Assembly: GCA_030704615.1 (NCBI GenBank) | Contig: CM060732.1 | Coordinates: forward strand, 56,792,001-56,856,000 | DNA length: 64,000 bases | Source: Takakia lepidozioides | Lineage: Eukaryota; Plantae; Bryophyta | Reading direction: 5' to 3' | Shown here: positions 37,297 through 48,823 of the stretch, one piece after another | Position numbering within the stretch: position 1 is the stretch's first letter | How the letters are laid out: every line of letters starts with the position of its first letter | Notes under the pieces: generated by a model | Told to the model about the DNA's origin: nothing | What the model saw: the letters and a program-made list of their open reading frames with translations, nothing else | Databases searched by the model: none | Made by a program: the position numbers and the translations under genes

Positions 37297-38524
37297 CCGA
37301 AAGTCGGGGGGGCGTATCCGAAAAAGGAGGCGATGCCAGTTGCGACCCTGCAGATATAATCAAAGCAGGCTGCGAACTTCTTACATGCTGAAGCAGCATC
37401 GTATCAGTGGGCGAGAGTGGAGCCAGTTGCGTTGGTGTCAATGCATCCGATTCATTCAGGGTGGTCTGAAGCCAGAATCCGCTATGGGAAGATTGGGCCC
37501 CAGTAAAGCGCCAATAGCCGCTATTGAGAGGTCTGGGGTGGGTGGAGGGAGAAGAATAGTAGGCCTGCTGAAGATTCCCCTTTCTGGCACAATCGAGGCA
37601 TATACGGTACTGCCACTTTAGTGGGACCTTGTAAGCATACTCATTTTGAGTTGTCAGGAGAGAGTACTTTGGAAGCAACACATAGTGCGGACAGTGAAAC
37701 TGCATCGAAACATCAGCACTTTGTTGAGTGTCGTAATGGTAAGTGGACTGAGGCTGTAAGTTGTGCGGTCGTGTGGGCGCCTGGGGAGTGTGCTGATTGG
37801 GAGTCAGAGTAGCCCGTCGATCATTCAAGTAGTTGAGAGTGTGTGGCTCCGCATGGTAGCAAGCCGTGTGAGGAGCTGGGACGACAATCTTGGTCCTGCA
37901 GGTGACATACTTCGTGAAATCAACTGAAATAAAACAGAGAAGAATCATCAGAGAGAAGCGAAGCAAGTAATGAGAGTGACGACGGTCTGGGAGAGAAGAT
38001 TGCTGCGCAGTAGGGGAGCAAGCAAAGGACACAGCCATGGTGGCGACCGTAGCTAAACCACTAGAGAGGGTAGAATAGCGGGTGTACTAAAAAAAAAGGG
38101 GCGCAAAGGCAAGGGTGGAACGGGAAAAATAGCATAACCTTAGAAACTTAGTCATGGTTAACAGAGTAGCGGAGGGGACGGCGGGGAGGCGGAGCTCCGC
38201 CCCATGTCCAATTTGGTCGATAAGCCCATAAATCAGCGACAACGGATAACGATTCTTAACCCTTAAGTGCCCAGCGACAAAGTTTGGCTTTTTCAACCCG
38301 TGCGCAGGAAAAACCTCAGAAAATCTTGAAAACAAAAAAATTTTAAATTTTGAATGCACATTAGGTGTGTACCTACCTCGTGCAGGGACACACCAAATTT
38401 GCAAATCAGAGCAAGATCGCCAAAATGCCACCGTTGAATGTAGGGTCCATTTTTGGACCGCCTCTCATTGTTTAATAATAGGGTCATGAATGCACGGGCG
38501 GGCCCTGCCAGTACGACCCTTGGG

Positions 38525-38710
38525 GTGAGCTCGTAAGCCCACCACCCATTCACCGGGTCGACGAGATTCTGAAATTTTTCTAAGTCCTTGTTAATCTACC
38601 GTGGCGGACCTTCTAGCGTGAGCTCATAAGCCCACCGCCCATTCACCGGGTCGGCGAGATTCTGAAATTTTTCTAAGTCCTTGTTAATCTACCATGGCGG
38701 ACCTTCTAGC
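38525..38710 (+). repeat. 93-bp tandem duplication (2 copies)
   Basis: GTGAGCTC...CCTTCTAGC at 38525 and 38618. Confidence 0.9.
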
Positions 38711-39437
38711 GGACTGGGCAGACCCTCCAACAGACCGACTCCAACCTTCTAGCAGACCCTCCGGCACTCCGGCAGACCGACAAGCGGACTGGCACCTCTC
38801 GAGCAGACTGGGCAGACCCCCCTCCAGCAGACCGGCTTGGACCCTTCAGCAGACCGGCAGACACATTACTACCACTGTACAACGTAACAAGATTTGAACA
38901 CCATACCTCATGTTTATCATTCATTGCTCTTAACCACCACACTACCCGCCGCTTTTTACAAACCTTTGTAATAACTAAAGCTTTATGTGCATATTGTGGG
39001 CCCCATCAGACCAGCTCATGTGTTTTGTGGGCCCCAAACCAGCTTGCTGGGCAGACCCAGGAAGCATACTGGCGGGGATTGGCGGGGTCCGGGTAGGGGC
39101 GCTCCCACCCTCCGCGACCCCCTCTGCCACACGCGGGCCCCGTCGCAACCACACACGCGGGCATTCATGACCCTATTATTGTTAAATGAGAAGTTTTTTG
39201 GACCCCACTCAACAGAATTACATTTACTTTCTACGCCAGTGCAAAATTGAAAAACGGGATGAAAGCCAAATGGGCTGAAACTGCTCCATGTTCATTCTGG
39301 TGGGTCCTTCCATCCAGCCCAAAAAGAAAAAAGTGATTTGGACAAAAATAGTGGTGTTGACACTTGGTCAAACGTGAGGGGGTCAGATTTTGAGAATTTG
39401 GGGTGCTGGAAAAATGACAAAGTCCTGCATGTAGCTC

Positions 39438-40088
39438 CCTTTGTTTCCTGAATCGTGCCATGGTGTTTGTTGGTGTATGTTTGCAGGAGCACCCTTCAAC
39501 CATGACCAACAGGGCTGTAGACCTCCACACATAAAATGACCATCAACCATGACCAACAGGGCTATAGACCTTCACACATAAAATGACCACAGTACTGCAG
39601 CAAGAGGGCTACCCAAAACAACACTAATTACTGATTGAAAGGCTGTCCACCACATTTTGAGAGGTGCTTTGTACTTGAGGGTGTACAGCCAAACCATTCA
39701 TGGTTTACATATAGCAAGTCCCCGTGTGTAATTGCTACAGCAGGCTTGAGCAATGTGCAAACCTTTGTTTCCTGAATCGTGCCATGGTGTTTGTTTGGTG
39801 TATGTTTGCAGGAGCACCCTTCAACCATGACCAACATGGCTGTAGACCTCCACACATAAAATGACCATCAACCATGACCAACAGGGCTGTAGACCTTCAC
39901 CCATAAAATGACCACAGTACTGCAGCAAGAGGGCTACCCAAAACAACACTGATTACTGAATTGAAAAGGCTGTCCACCACATTTTGACACGTGCTTTGTA
40001 CTTGAGGGTGTACAGCCCAACCATTCGTGGTTTACATACAGCAAGTCCCCGTGTGTGATTGCTACAGTAGGCTTGAGCAATGTGCAAC
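39438..40088 (+). repeat. ~324-bp tandem duplication with internal ~47-bp repeats
   Basis: CCTTTGTTTCCTGAATCGTGCC...GAGCAATGTGCAA starts at 39438 and 39762; each unit has CAACCATGACCAAC...ATAAAATGACCA twice. Confidence 0.9.
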
Positions 40089-42125
40089 ATCGAGCATAAA
40101 ACAGATTCCACAATCCCACCCATGGGATCCTCCCCCTTGTGTTCATGTGCGAGCTGCCAGTTGGGGCAGGTTACTGGGTTCAATTCAAAGCAACTTAGTC
40201 TTTTCATAACAAATGCCTGTAGCAAGACCTGAACATGCAACTATGCCTCCTCCACACTACACTATGGCAAGGACTAAACTAGCATCATACTACCAGAGCT
40301 GGTTATGTTCTGTTGCAGCAGTACTAACTACGAACTGATTAGTCACCAAAAATCCAAGCACAACTGCCACTACAGCCTAGAACACTCAAAACCCTGCACG
40401 CAAAATTGGCATATCACAAAACTACCACACATGAGCTGGCTGCACCCATAACCAGATCTCGGAGTGCTGCACCAGCCAAGACATACACATGCGCATTAGG
40501 AAGTGACCATAGACTTCCCACACACCATTGACCCACTATCCTAGGACTTGTCAAGCGACTCCCTACACTAAAGTAGTTAGTAAAACCTCTTCAAGCTCAA
40601 AACTAGCATGAAAGCACTTACCCCCAAGCACGTTAGAGTGTTGAGGAACAAACACAAGGCCATAACCTAGCCCATGGACACTCCACCTTTCGGAAGAGTC
40701 TCCACGTCTCTGCAGGAGCAATCAATCAAAATGTTTAGTGAACCACCAGCCACTCACAGCATCACAGAAGGCTATGGCTCCGCACAAAACAACGTCCAAG
40801 GCACATGGGAAGATCTCCACACATTGCACAGAAGTACCTCTGGCGAACACCGCATTCAACACACTTCCTCCTCCTACTACTTCCGAGGCAAAAGTGAACT
40901 GCACCCGGGTTGGGCACGTCTGAACCTGGCATCACTGTTCTCTTGGGAGCAACCCACCCCTCCGTTAGTCCTTTAGCTATAGCTAAATTGTATAGCATGT
41001 GGCTACGAGGCGTCTGGCCCTTTGCTGCCATCCAGCCCAAGTACAAAATATAAGAATTGACCAAAGAGGTGTCCACGGAGTGGAAGTACAACCTGTGCCA
41101 CCACTTGTGGTCACGGGTCTGAACTGAATAGTAGCCACGTAGTTGATCCTGCACATCCACCCCCCACATGTGGTGCTAATAGTGCACCACTATGGGGGAG
41201 GTCGGCACAAGGCGTCTAGCCCCCTCATGTATTCTTTCAATGAAACAATCTTCACCAACAGGGGAGATGGCAGTACTCAAGAGGGTCACCATTTTCCTGT
41301 CCATCCATGAAACAGCCGCCAACTTACCAGATATGTGCATGCGCCATTCCAGCCTTCCCCTCTCACCATTTTTTCCCAAATCAAGACAAGAAGGAAACCC
41401 CACCCTCGCTGTTTTTACTGTGCCAGTAGCAAAGATGGACTTGGCTGCCAAGCCATAGAAAAGAAGAGGGCTACTGAAGAAGTTATCCATAGTTACTATA
41501 TGACCCTTCCCTTCAAATCCAGCCAGTAGCCTTGTGACAACTCCATATCCAGACCCATGCGTCAAATCATTTTTCTCATCCTTCCCTAGATACACCTCCA
41601 GTTTGTGAACATACTTAGAAGTTGCCCCACACAAGCACCATGACTTTATGCCCCACTTCACGGGCTTCTTCGCCATGTACTGCTGAATTCGAGCATACCT
41701 CCTTTTATACTTCACCATTTGCTAATCCACACACAGGTTCTGTTCAATCATTTTGGGCATCTATAAGCCAATGGGTTTTCGCTAGCTTATCAAATGCTGG
41801 CTCGTTTGGATCAGTGACCACATCTCTGTTGTCAACAAGGTGGAGGCATCTCAAGATGCTCTCCCACCGGTTGCGCGACATGATGCGAATTATAGAAGGG
41901 CAATTGAAGAAACTATCGTTGTGCTTCCAGTACAGCCTAGTGTTAGGAAATTTCTTGATGCCCATAAGAATATGAACAGCAATCCAGGCCCTCAATTCAC
42001 GAACTATAAGCGGGTACCACCATCTACCCCCTTTCAGATTTCCATTCGAATTCAATGTCCTTGCATACAGGTTGGTCATTGCACATATTCTCCGCATGAT
42101 AGAGACTGGCCAAAACAAATTGAAA

Positions 42126-43157
42126 AAATCTTCGACAAGGAGCACGTCCTGCTTCCGTTTATACTACCAAATTTTGACAACTTGCGTGCGACCTCGACTA
42201 GAATGAGAAGAGCATCATTAGTCAGTTTCGATGTGGGCTAAAAGAAGATGTAAAAGATTTGTTGCTGACAATGCCAAACGTGAGTACACTGAGCGAATTC
42301 ATCACCCAAGTCATTGCATGCGATACTCGTTTGTTCGAAAGACGTCAAGAGAAGCGATCTGGATGGTCGACGATGCATCATGCCACTGCTACTACGACAC
42401 TAAACACAACGGTCCATCAGACATCCGGTAGTGATCATATGCAGATTGATGATGTCCGATTCAAGCCATTGACGCAACAAAAAAAACAAAGACGGCGCTC
42501 GAATGGATTATGCCTCTATTGCGGAGAAGAAGATTATATAGTATTAAACTGCCCCAACAAGAGAAGATTCAAAGCTTGGGGCGCAACTCAAGTGTTCGAT
42601 ACGAGGAGGTCGGAAAACGAAATGTCCAGTCACAACTTTGTCTCTGCAACTCTCTCCCTATCATTTTCTCCAAACGTTGCAGTGAACTCAGACATGAATG
42701 CTTCAAAATTGTATAGTAAATGCGATTTTTTTTCTAATAGCAGTGCAAACCAAGATAGGGCAGTGCCTGATAGAAGGGTGCCCACGAATCCCACTTGAAT
42801 ACCTTCATCGGGGTAGCGTTGTGGATGTAGTTGTAGGAACAGTCGTATTTGTTGAACAAAACCGCGAAATCTTGATCTCGTCCCATCAAAATTCTCGGGC
42901 ATGCTGATCTTTGGTTCTCTCGTAATCTGTTGAAGAGGAACCGTTGTAGTATGAGCTGTTGCAGTAGAGACTCGTATGGTTGAAGATCCATTGTTTGACT
43001 CCTTTAACTCTTAAATTTGTTGTTGCAAATTGTGGATAGCGTTGCCAATATCTTAAGACTGATCAGCTTGTAATTGGGCGGTAGAGATACGAAGTTCTTG
43101 CATCTGGAGCTGAAGATTCTGCAATATGGCCACCATTTCCGCAAATGTGCATTCTAT
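42126..43157. pseudogene. Ty3/gypsy gag, split by an inversion (N-half on - 43157-42632; C-half on + 42126-42631)
   Basis: Minus: PENFDGTRSRFRGF..LSGTALSWF..AETKL. Plus: LRQGARPASVY..QFRCGL..VKDLLL..MQID..LCLYCGEEDY..CP. Confidence 0.85.
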
Positions 43158-43182
43158 CTTAACTAACTAAGGAACAAACTTT

Positions 43183-43193
43183 AGTCTCGCCAA
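43183..43193 (-). promoter_or_regulatory. Self-priming primer-binding site (Tf1-type)
   Basis: TTGGCGAGACT lies just inside the 5' LTR and is complementary to AGTCTCGCCAA located ~24 nt downstream of the LTR TATA box (43474-43484). Confidence 0.75.
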
Positions 43194-43195
43194 AC

Positions 43196-43841
43196 TGTCA
43201 AGAACGAAAGCATGACTGAACACAAACAAGAGATCAGACTAGAAATACAAGACTAGACAAGAAGTCAAGGTTGGCATGGCCAAATGCATGATGGGTATAC
43301 ATGAATCAAGATGATCTTTATAACAATGGACAAGAGTACAAGATACTGGAACTTGACTTGGATACTGGAATACTGGAAACTGGACTGGAGTACTAGATAC
43401 TGGAAACTGGACTAGAGTACTGGAAGTTGGACTGGAGTACTGGGACTGGAAACAAAAGTAGCTTGAACTTGTGTTGGCGAGACTGAAGAGTGTCCAGTCT
43501 CGCCTCCTATATATACTGGATACTATGAGGTTCCCTAAGAGGCTTTCCCAAATGAGGTTTCTTGATGGAGTTTCCAAGGTTAAACAAAGGTTTCTTGATG
43601 GAGAAGTTTCCTTAAACAAAGGAGGTATCTTGATGGAGAAATTTCCTCCAAAGGAAGCTTCTTGAGCGGTTTCCCAAGTTATTCTCGGTAATTTGATAAA
43701 CTTCTGGTAACTTGGTAACTAATGGTAATTTATGATAAATCATGGTAGATCATGGTAGATCACGGTAACTTTTGGTAACATGGTAACTTGTAACTTCTGG
43801 TATTTACTCATGATAAGTTCCTCTGGGCTAGGTCCGTGACA
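43196..43841 (-). repeat. 5' LTR of the same chromovirus family
   Basis: Reverse complement of the 18096-18675 LTR, with TGTCA/TGACA ends, followed by PBS and gag. Confidence 0.9.
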
Positions 43842-45808
43842 ACAATCAGCAATAAGATCGTAAGGGCCTACTTGTTTGTAAATTGTGAGATCTGGTGTTT
43901 CATAGAGTTGTTTTGGTTAAGAGAGGTTCATTGCTTGTGAGGTACAATGCAAGTTGTGAGTAGGCCTAGATAGCTTCATTGCACATACATTCCTGTAGGA
44001 TTTGATGGCACACTGTTAGAGAGTGTGTGTTGCAAGGTGTAAGTGAAGCAAGATGAGTTCTGGAACTCTTTTCCCACCCGTGCCAAAGCATTTAGTTGCA
44101 GAAGCAACTATCATGGCAAACTTGGCTGAGCAATTGGGGGCATCTCCTGAGCAAATCGTTGTGCTTGTGGCCACCTTGAATGACGACTACTTGATTGAAT
44201 TGAAGCGGCCAAAGGGTGTGAGATGGCCTAGCTCCCTCAACCTGCAAATTTCCGGTATTTGTGGCGGAGGCAAGCTACTGAGGTCTTGGGCTGGGTTGGG
44301 CCAATTTTGAAATGAGATGGTTGTGTGTCCATGTTGTCATGTTTGCAATGTGTGCGTGGGATGCAAATTCATGGGAACAAACTATCGTTGGAGATGGGGG
44401 TTGCATGGACTGCCCGGATTGTTCCTTCAATCTATTTAGTGTTTTGCGGAGCTCACAGGCTTGTGTGCATTGCAAAAACAAACAAACGACTTTGGTTCGG
44501 GTAGAGCATTCTCGCATCATTTGCTCGTTGGTCTCCAAACCATTCATGCTAGAAGAATGCTTGGTAAATCCATCACGTTGAAGTCCACGTGATCAAAGAA
44601 CGTTCAGGCATTCTCAATTCTGGTGAGCATCCATGATGCTCCCGCACATACCTGGCATGTTTGCAAGGGTGGTGTGTAAGAAAAGATTTCGCAGGGATCC
44701 GCTTTGGATGATGTCAGTGTGCACCTGCTCATGACATAGCCACATTCCAATGCAGGGGCTTGGTATGTTGATAACGTCTAAATGGTTGCAATGGATAGAA
44801 AGGATGGATACAATGGATGTAACACATCTAGTTTGCATTCCCTGGAAATGGCTGATCAACCCGCGGTAATAGGTGACACCCGCGGAAATAGGCCATGTAT
44901 GCATGCTGACGTGGCGTGAGCCTGTGCTGGGCTCACGGTTTCCTGGGCTCATAGGCTCACGCCTCCGGGCTCACGAAATAGCACCCCCCCGGAGCCACTC
45001 ACCGGCGTTTGCGGAGCTCCATCATGGAGCTCCCTGTTTGGAAAAGTTCTTGGATGAATAATATGTATGGAGGTTTTTAAACTTTGTGGAAAGTGGTTAT
45101 CTTATGGAATCATATGTCAATCTCGTATGAATGTCATTCATTTCATTTGCTATCAGATTCCATACATGCATTGAAGAGGACATATAATCATGTACTTTTT
45201 TTTTTCATGTACTTTTTTAAACTAAATATCATAAATACATAAATACCTCCAAAATTAACAATATGTGTAAATAACATTGTCAAATGCCGGAATATCCAGT
45301 GAAACATTTTTTCAAATATGTACATTAACCCTTAACCCAGCTATTTTTTGGTGGGCCCACTAAAAAAGAGTATATACACTTATGGATGAGGGCGTAACTT
45401 CTTACCCCCACTCATCCAGGGGGATGAACCTTATACATATGTGCATATCTACTATGTACACATCCTGTAAAAAATGTAGGCAAATTGACCATTGCATTTG
45501 GGAGATTATAACAAAATAATATGCCCCAATTTGTAAATGTATTCAAAATTTGCATGCAAAACATTGTTTGACCATAAATTACAATATCAAGTTGAATCTT
45601 CCTAGACAAAGGCCCTCCATAATCTGATTATATGGCACCTAAACCACTGCCTCCCACAAAATTCAGACCAAAATTCCAAAAATTCAGATAGGCTGCTTTG
45701 TATGTGAAATCTGGGGGGATAAATTGTCTTGTTTTGGCTTCTTTCACAATTACACCCATGAGATGATATTTGTTTTCCAATTGCTCTGGTAAGTAAGTGC
45801 CCATGAAG

Positions 45809-45834
45809 TATATATATATATATATATATATATA
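45809..45834. repeat. (TA)n microsatellite
   Basis: Direct reading. Confidence 0.9.
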
Positions 45835-46649
45835 AAGGGGCCCAAAAAAGGCCCCACTACCAATGGTGGTTTTTTGCAGGATGTGACCTAATTGACTTTA
45901 AGTTTGCATATCCTTGCAAGAGGTAGGACGTAGTCACCAATGTTGTGCGGTTATTTGAATTTTTTTAATATTAGCCAGTTACAGATGTTTAACTTTAACT
46001 TTGTGTTCACATCCTCTGGTTTTGGGGTTTTGGAGCTTTTCCATTTCTGATATCCTGCCTTGGCAACAAATACAAACTTCAACCCTATGCGATTATGGAC
46101 AAATTGAGTTGATGTTAGGATGGCCTCCGGCGGTTTAGTATCCGGTTATCAAACAAATTCTAGCGATGACCGAAGGTCGGAAACTAGTTTAGTGTAGAGC
46201 AGATATAGGATGCCATAGTGCCTCGTCATCGTCGCAACATTTCGTAGACACGTCATCGTCGTCGTCAAAAAATTTATATCTGCCCGGACTGCCCAAAAGT
46301 AACTGTCTTGCAGCGCGGGGAAGGGATGCCCCCGTGTGCTCGAGCGCGGAGGGGTTTCACACACCAATCTGCGTGGGTAGATGGTCACTAGGAACAGCAA
46401 CGGCAGCAACACAAATTGATAGAACAAGGCACTGCTAATGAAGGTATCTTCTTCAACACATTTCAGCCTGTTTTTCCATGTTATCACAGTCGGCCCTAAA
46501 TTTCCATGTTGAATTCTGCAAGTTCCGTGCGTTTCTGCTTTTCCTCATTGCATATTTGGAGTAGCATTGTGCAACTCCTTCTGGGCTTGCATATTGCTCG
46601 TCTCTCTTCCTGTTAATTTCTCCCAAAGACACTTAAATCATCTGGGTCT

Positions 46650-47100
46650 AAATTATGTCAATATATTCCTATCGTCCCCAAAGATGGGAAACAGGAATGG
46701 CAAAATATGGGCTCCAAGAATAGTCACTATCTCAAGGATCCTAGATCAATACCTTTACTTCCTTCCCAACATTGGCAATGCCTTTGGTTGCTATTTGGGT
46801 TTCTTAGCTGTTTTTTACCCAGAAATGTGCATGGACAATCTAAGGCAAGAAGAGGCTTGGAAGGGTGTCATGATTGCTTCAAAGAGGAAGGAAAACGGGT
46901 TACCAAAAATTGTCATTATGATGCCCAATGACAAAATTTCAGGGTACATAAGGCTTCCAATTGATAACAACGGCAATTATTTTACAGTCAAGCTCATGGA
47001 GAATTCCCCCAGTACCGCAAGTTTCAATTGTGCGAAACACGGTCATTTGAAAGCCGAGTCCTGCCCGGATGGGAAAATGAAATACAACTCGTCTGTCAAA
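46650..47100 (+). pseudogene. L1-type LINE ORF1 remnant
   Basis: FLPNIGNAFGCYLG..PKIVI..IRLP..ENSP..SFNCAKHGHLKAESCP (degenerate CCHC knuckle), typical of plant L1 ORF1. Confidence 0.5.
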
Positions 47101-47380
47101 GAGGATTCCCCTCCACTACTACATTCGAGCTCTTACGTTCCATGGAGTTACTTCCAATGTGATCAACAAAAGCAGTTTCCCATATTCTTCTATAAGGTAA
47201 CCTACAGTGACCAACAGCAGGGAGCAACCATGCTGGGCCCTCAACCTACTACCATCCTCAACTAGAGCACCTGCAGCAAAGAAACACCGCAGACCCACAA
47301 ACCCTATATTGCTGCTACAAAACAATATTGCAGGTTCAACTGTGGTGGCGGGCATTGCGCCTCCCCTCCAACTCGAAGAT

Positions 47381-48823
47381 CAGCGTAGCTACGGCGTGAG
47401 CCCAACCCCGTGAGCCTGGGAGCTGAGCTCACATTGTAGCTGCAAAGCGTGAGTTGAGCTCACGCTTAAGGGAAGCGTGAGCGGCACAAATGTGCTGGAG
47501 AAGCAGGCCCTATAGGCGAGGATTGCAGGAAGAGGGCCTATTACCGTGGACAAAACAAAGGGGCCACCATGCACCATGTCTGCAATGTTTGCACAAAAAG
47601 AGGAATATGAATATATGGCAGATCTGAGCTCAGAATGATCGTCACACTTTACTTCAATTCAGATAAAGACGCCTACAATGAATGGCATGTGCAATTGCCC
47701 TGGTTCCGCGAATAAAATGTATGTGTCTGTCCTACATGCAAAGACTCCACACGATAAGCTGGAAACCAGCACGGGGAGTGGGCATGGCTCGTTTTTGTTC
47801 ACTAAGAATTTGGCGGAGCCCCACGGCAGGTGTCTCGCTGCAGAAGAGTGATGACTTCTCCATAGCCTAGTGTGGCCTGGTGAATGAATTGGTCTCTCTT
47901 ACCGTCGCAACACATAATTATAAGGTATATGTAATATTGATGCTTGCAGGGGACCCACTTCCCTCTCATGCCGAGAGCGCCCTCACGCATCGTTACAAAA
48001 TCCGGACAAGTGCACACAAGGAAATTCCCCACGGTAACCTGATATTCTTTGCCATGAAGAACTGAGCCAGTAGACAACACTGTGTAAATCCGTCCATACC
48101 CCGGGGCTAGGATTTCGGTGATACGAGTCACCCGAGCCTGCAAAATTCTAACCGATTCCATCTTGCAGTCGTGATCTGCACCCGAAGCGACACGGCACAC
48201 TGTTTTTCCATCTCTTTTTGTTGGGTGGGAGTCGGCACCGGGTGGAGGCATTGCCGGAGCATGTGGCACATATGTGCCCAAAGTGCATGAGGGCACCACC
48301 CGGGACCGTGCAAGACGGAACCCCCCCTCCTCCAGCATGCTTATCTCATTTGATGACAATGATGTCCCAAGTTTCACAAGCCAAATTGCGGGCGGAGGGG
48401 GCTTCATTATAACCGAAGGACGAAATGTTCCCTTGACGCATCGTGCCATATCGTCTGGGCAGAACCAGAACTTGTGGTCCTTTGACTCCCCACTATGATA
48501 AGGTTGGAACAACGCTATGAATGTCTCCGCCAAATTACAGGAAGGCATGTCGGCCAAGTCCTCCAAGGACATGTCCTGCAGGAGGCATTGCACGCAAATG
48601 TGAGGAACGAAAGGAAATGGAAGAGGTTCTGCAAGTGACAATCCAACAACCCCAAAGGAACAGGCACGATGCAAAGTGAAATTTGTGTTTCTGGGATTGA
48701 AGAGGCTTACCGTCGTCATGAAAGCTCCCCACTGTCTGTACCTGAAGTGCCAAAAAACCAGCCAATCCTCCAACTCCTTCAGGTGGATCCCAGTAGCACC
48801 AGAGGAAAACCACCAAGCCCGGA
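47381..48823 (-). mobile_element. MULE-SWIM family fragment (copy 3) with terminus and internal deletion at ~48520
   Basis: WLVFWHFRYRQWG..SCNLAET|..KFWFCPDD..CTCPDF..CKHQYY (SWIM)..FIHQATL. Confidence 0.85.

Larger units (their letters stand above)
38260..42130 (-). mobile_element. piggyBac-like DNA transposon (3' terminus plus decayed transposase 40762-42130)
   Basis: DFFNLFWP..MSRNRWESILRCLHL; CVD*QMV..KPVKWGIK; TMDNFFSS; GVDVQDQL..KWWHRLYF (DDD triad); C-terminal CRD CVEC..CAMC..C..C..H. TTAA (38256-38259) then CCCTTAAGTGCCCAGC terminus. Confidence 0.88.

Noticed and set aside
38047-38055. CCGTAGCTA as the inverted partner of the MULE terminus at 33574
   Set aside because: Only 9 bp match, with no extended TIR or TSD.
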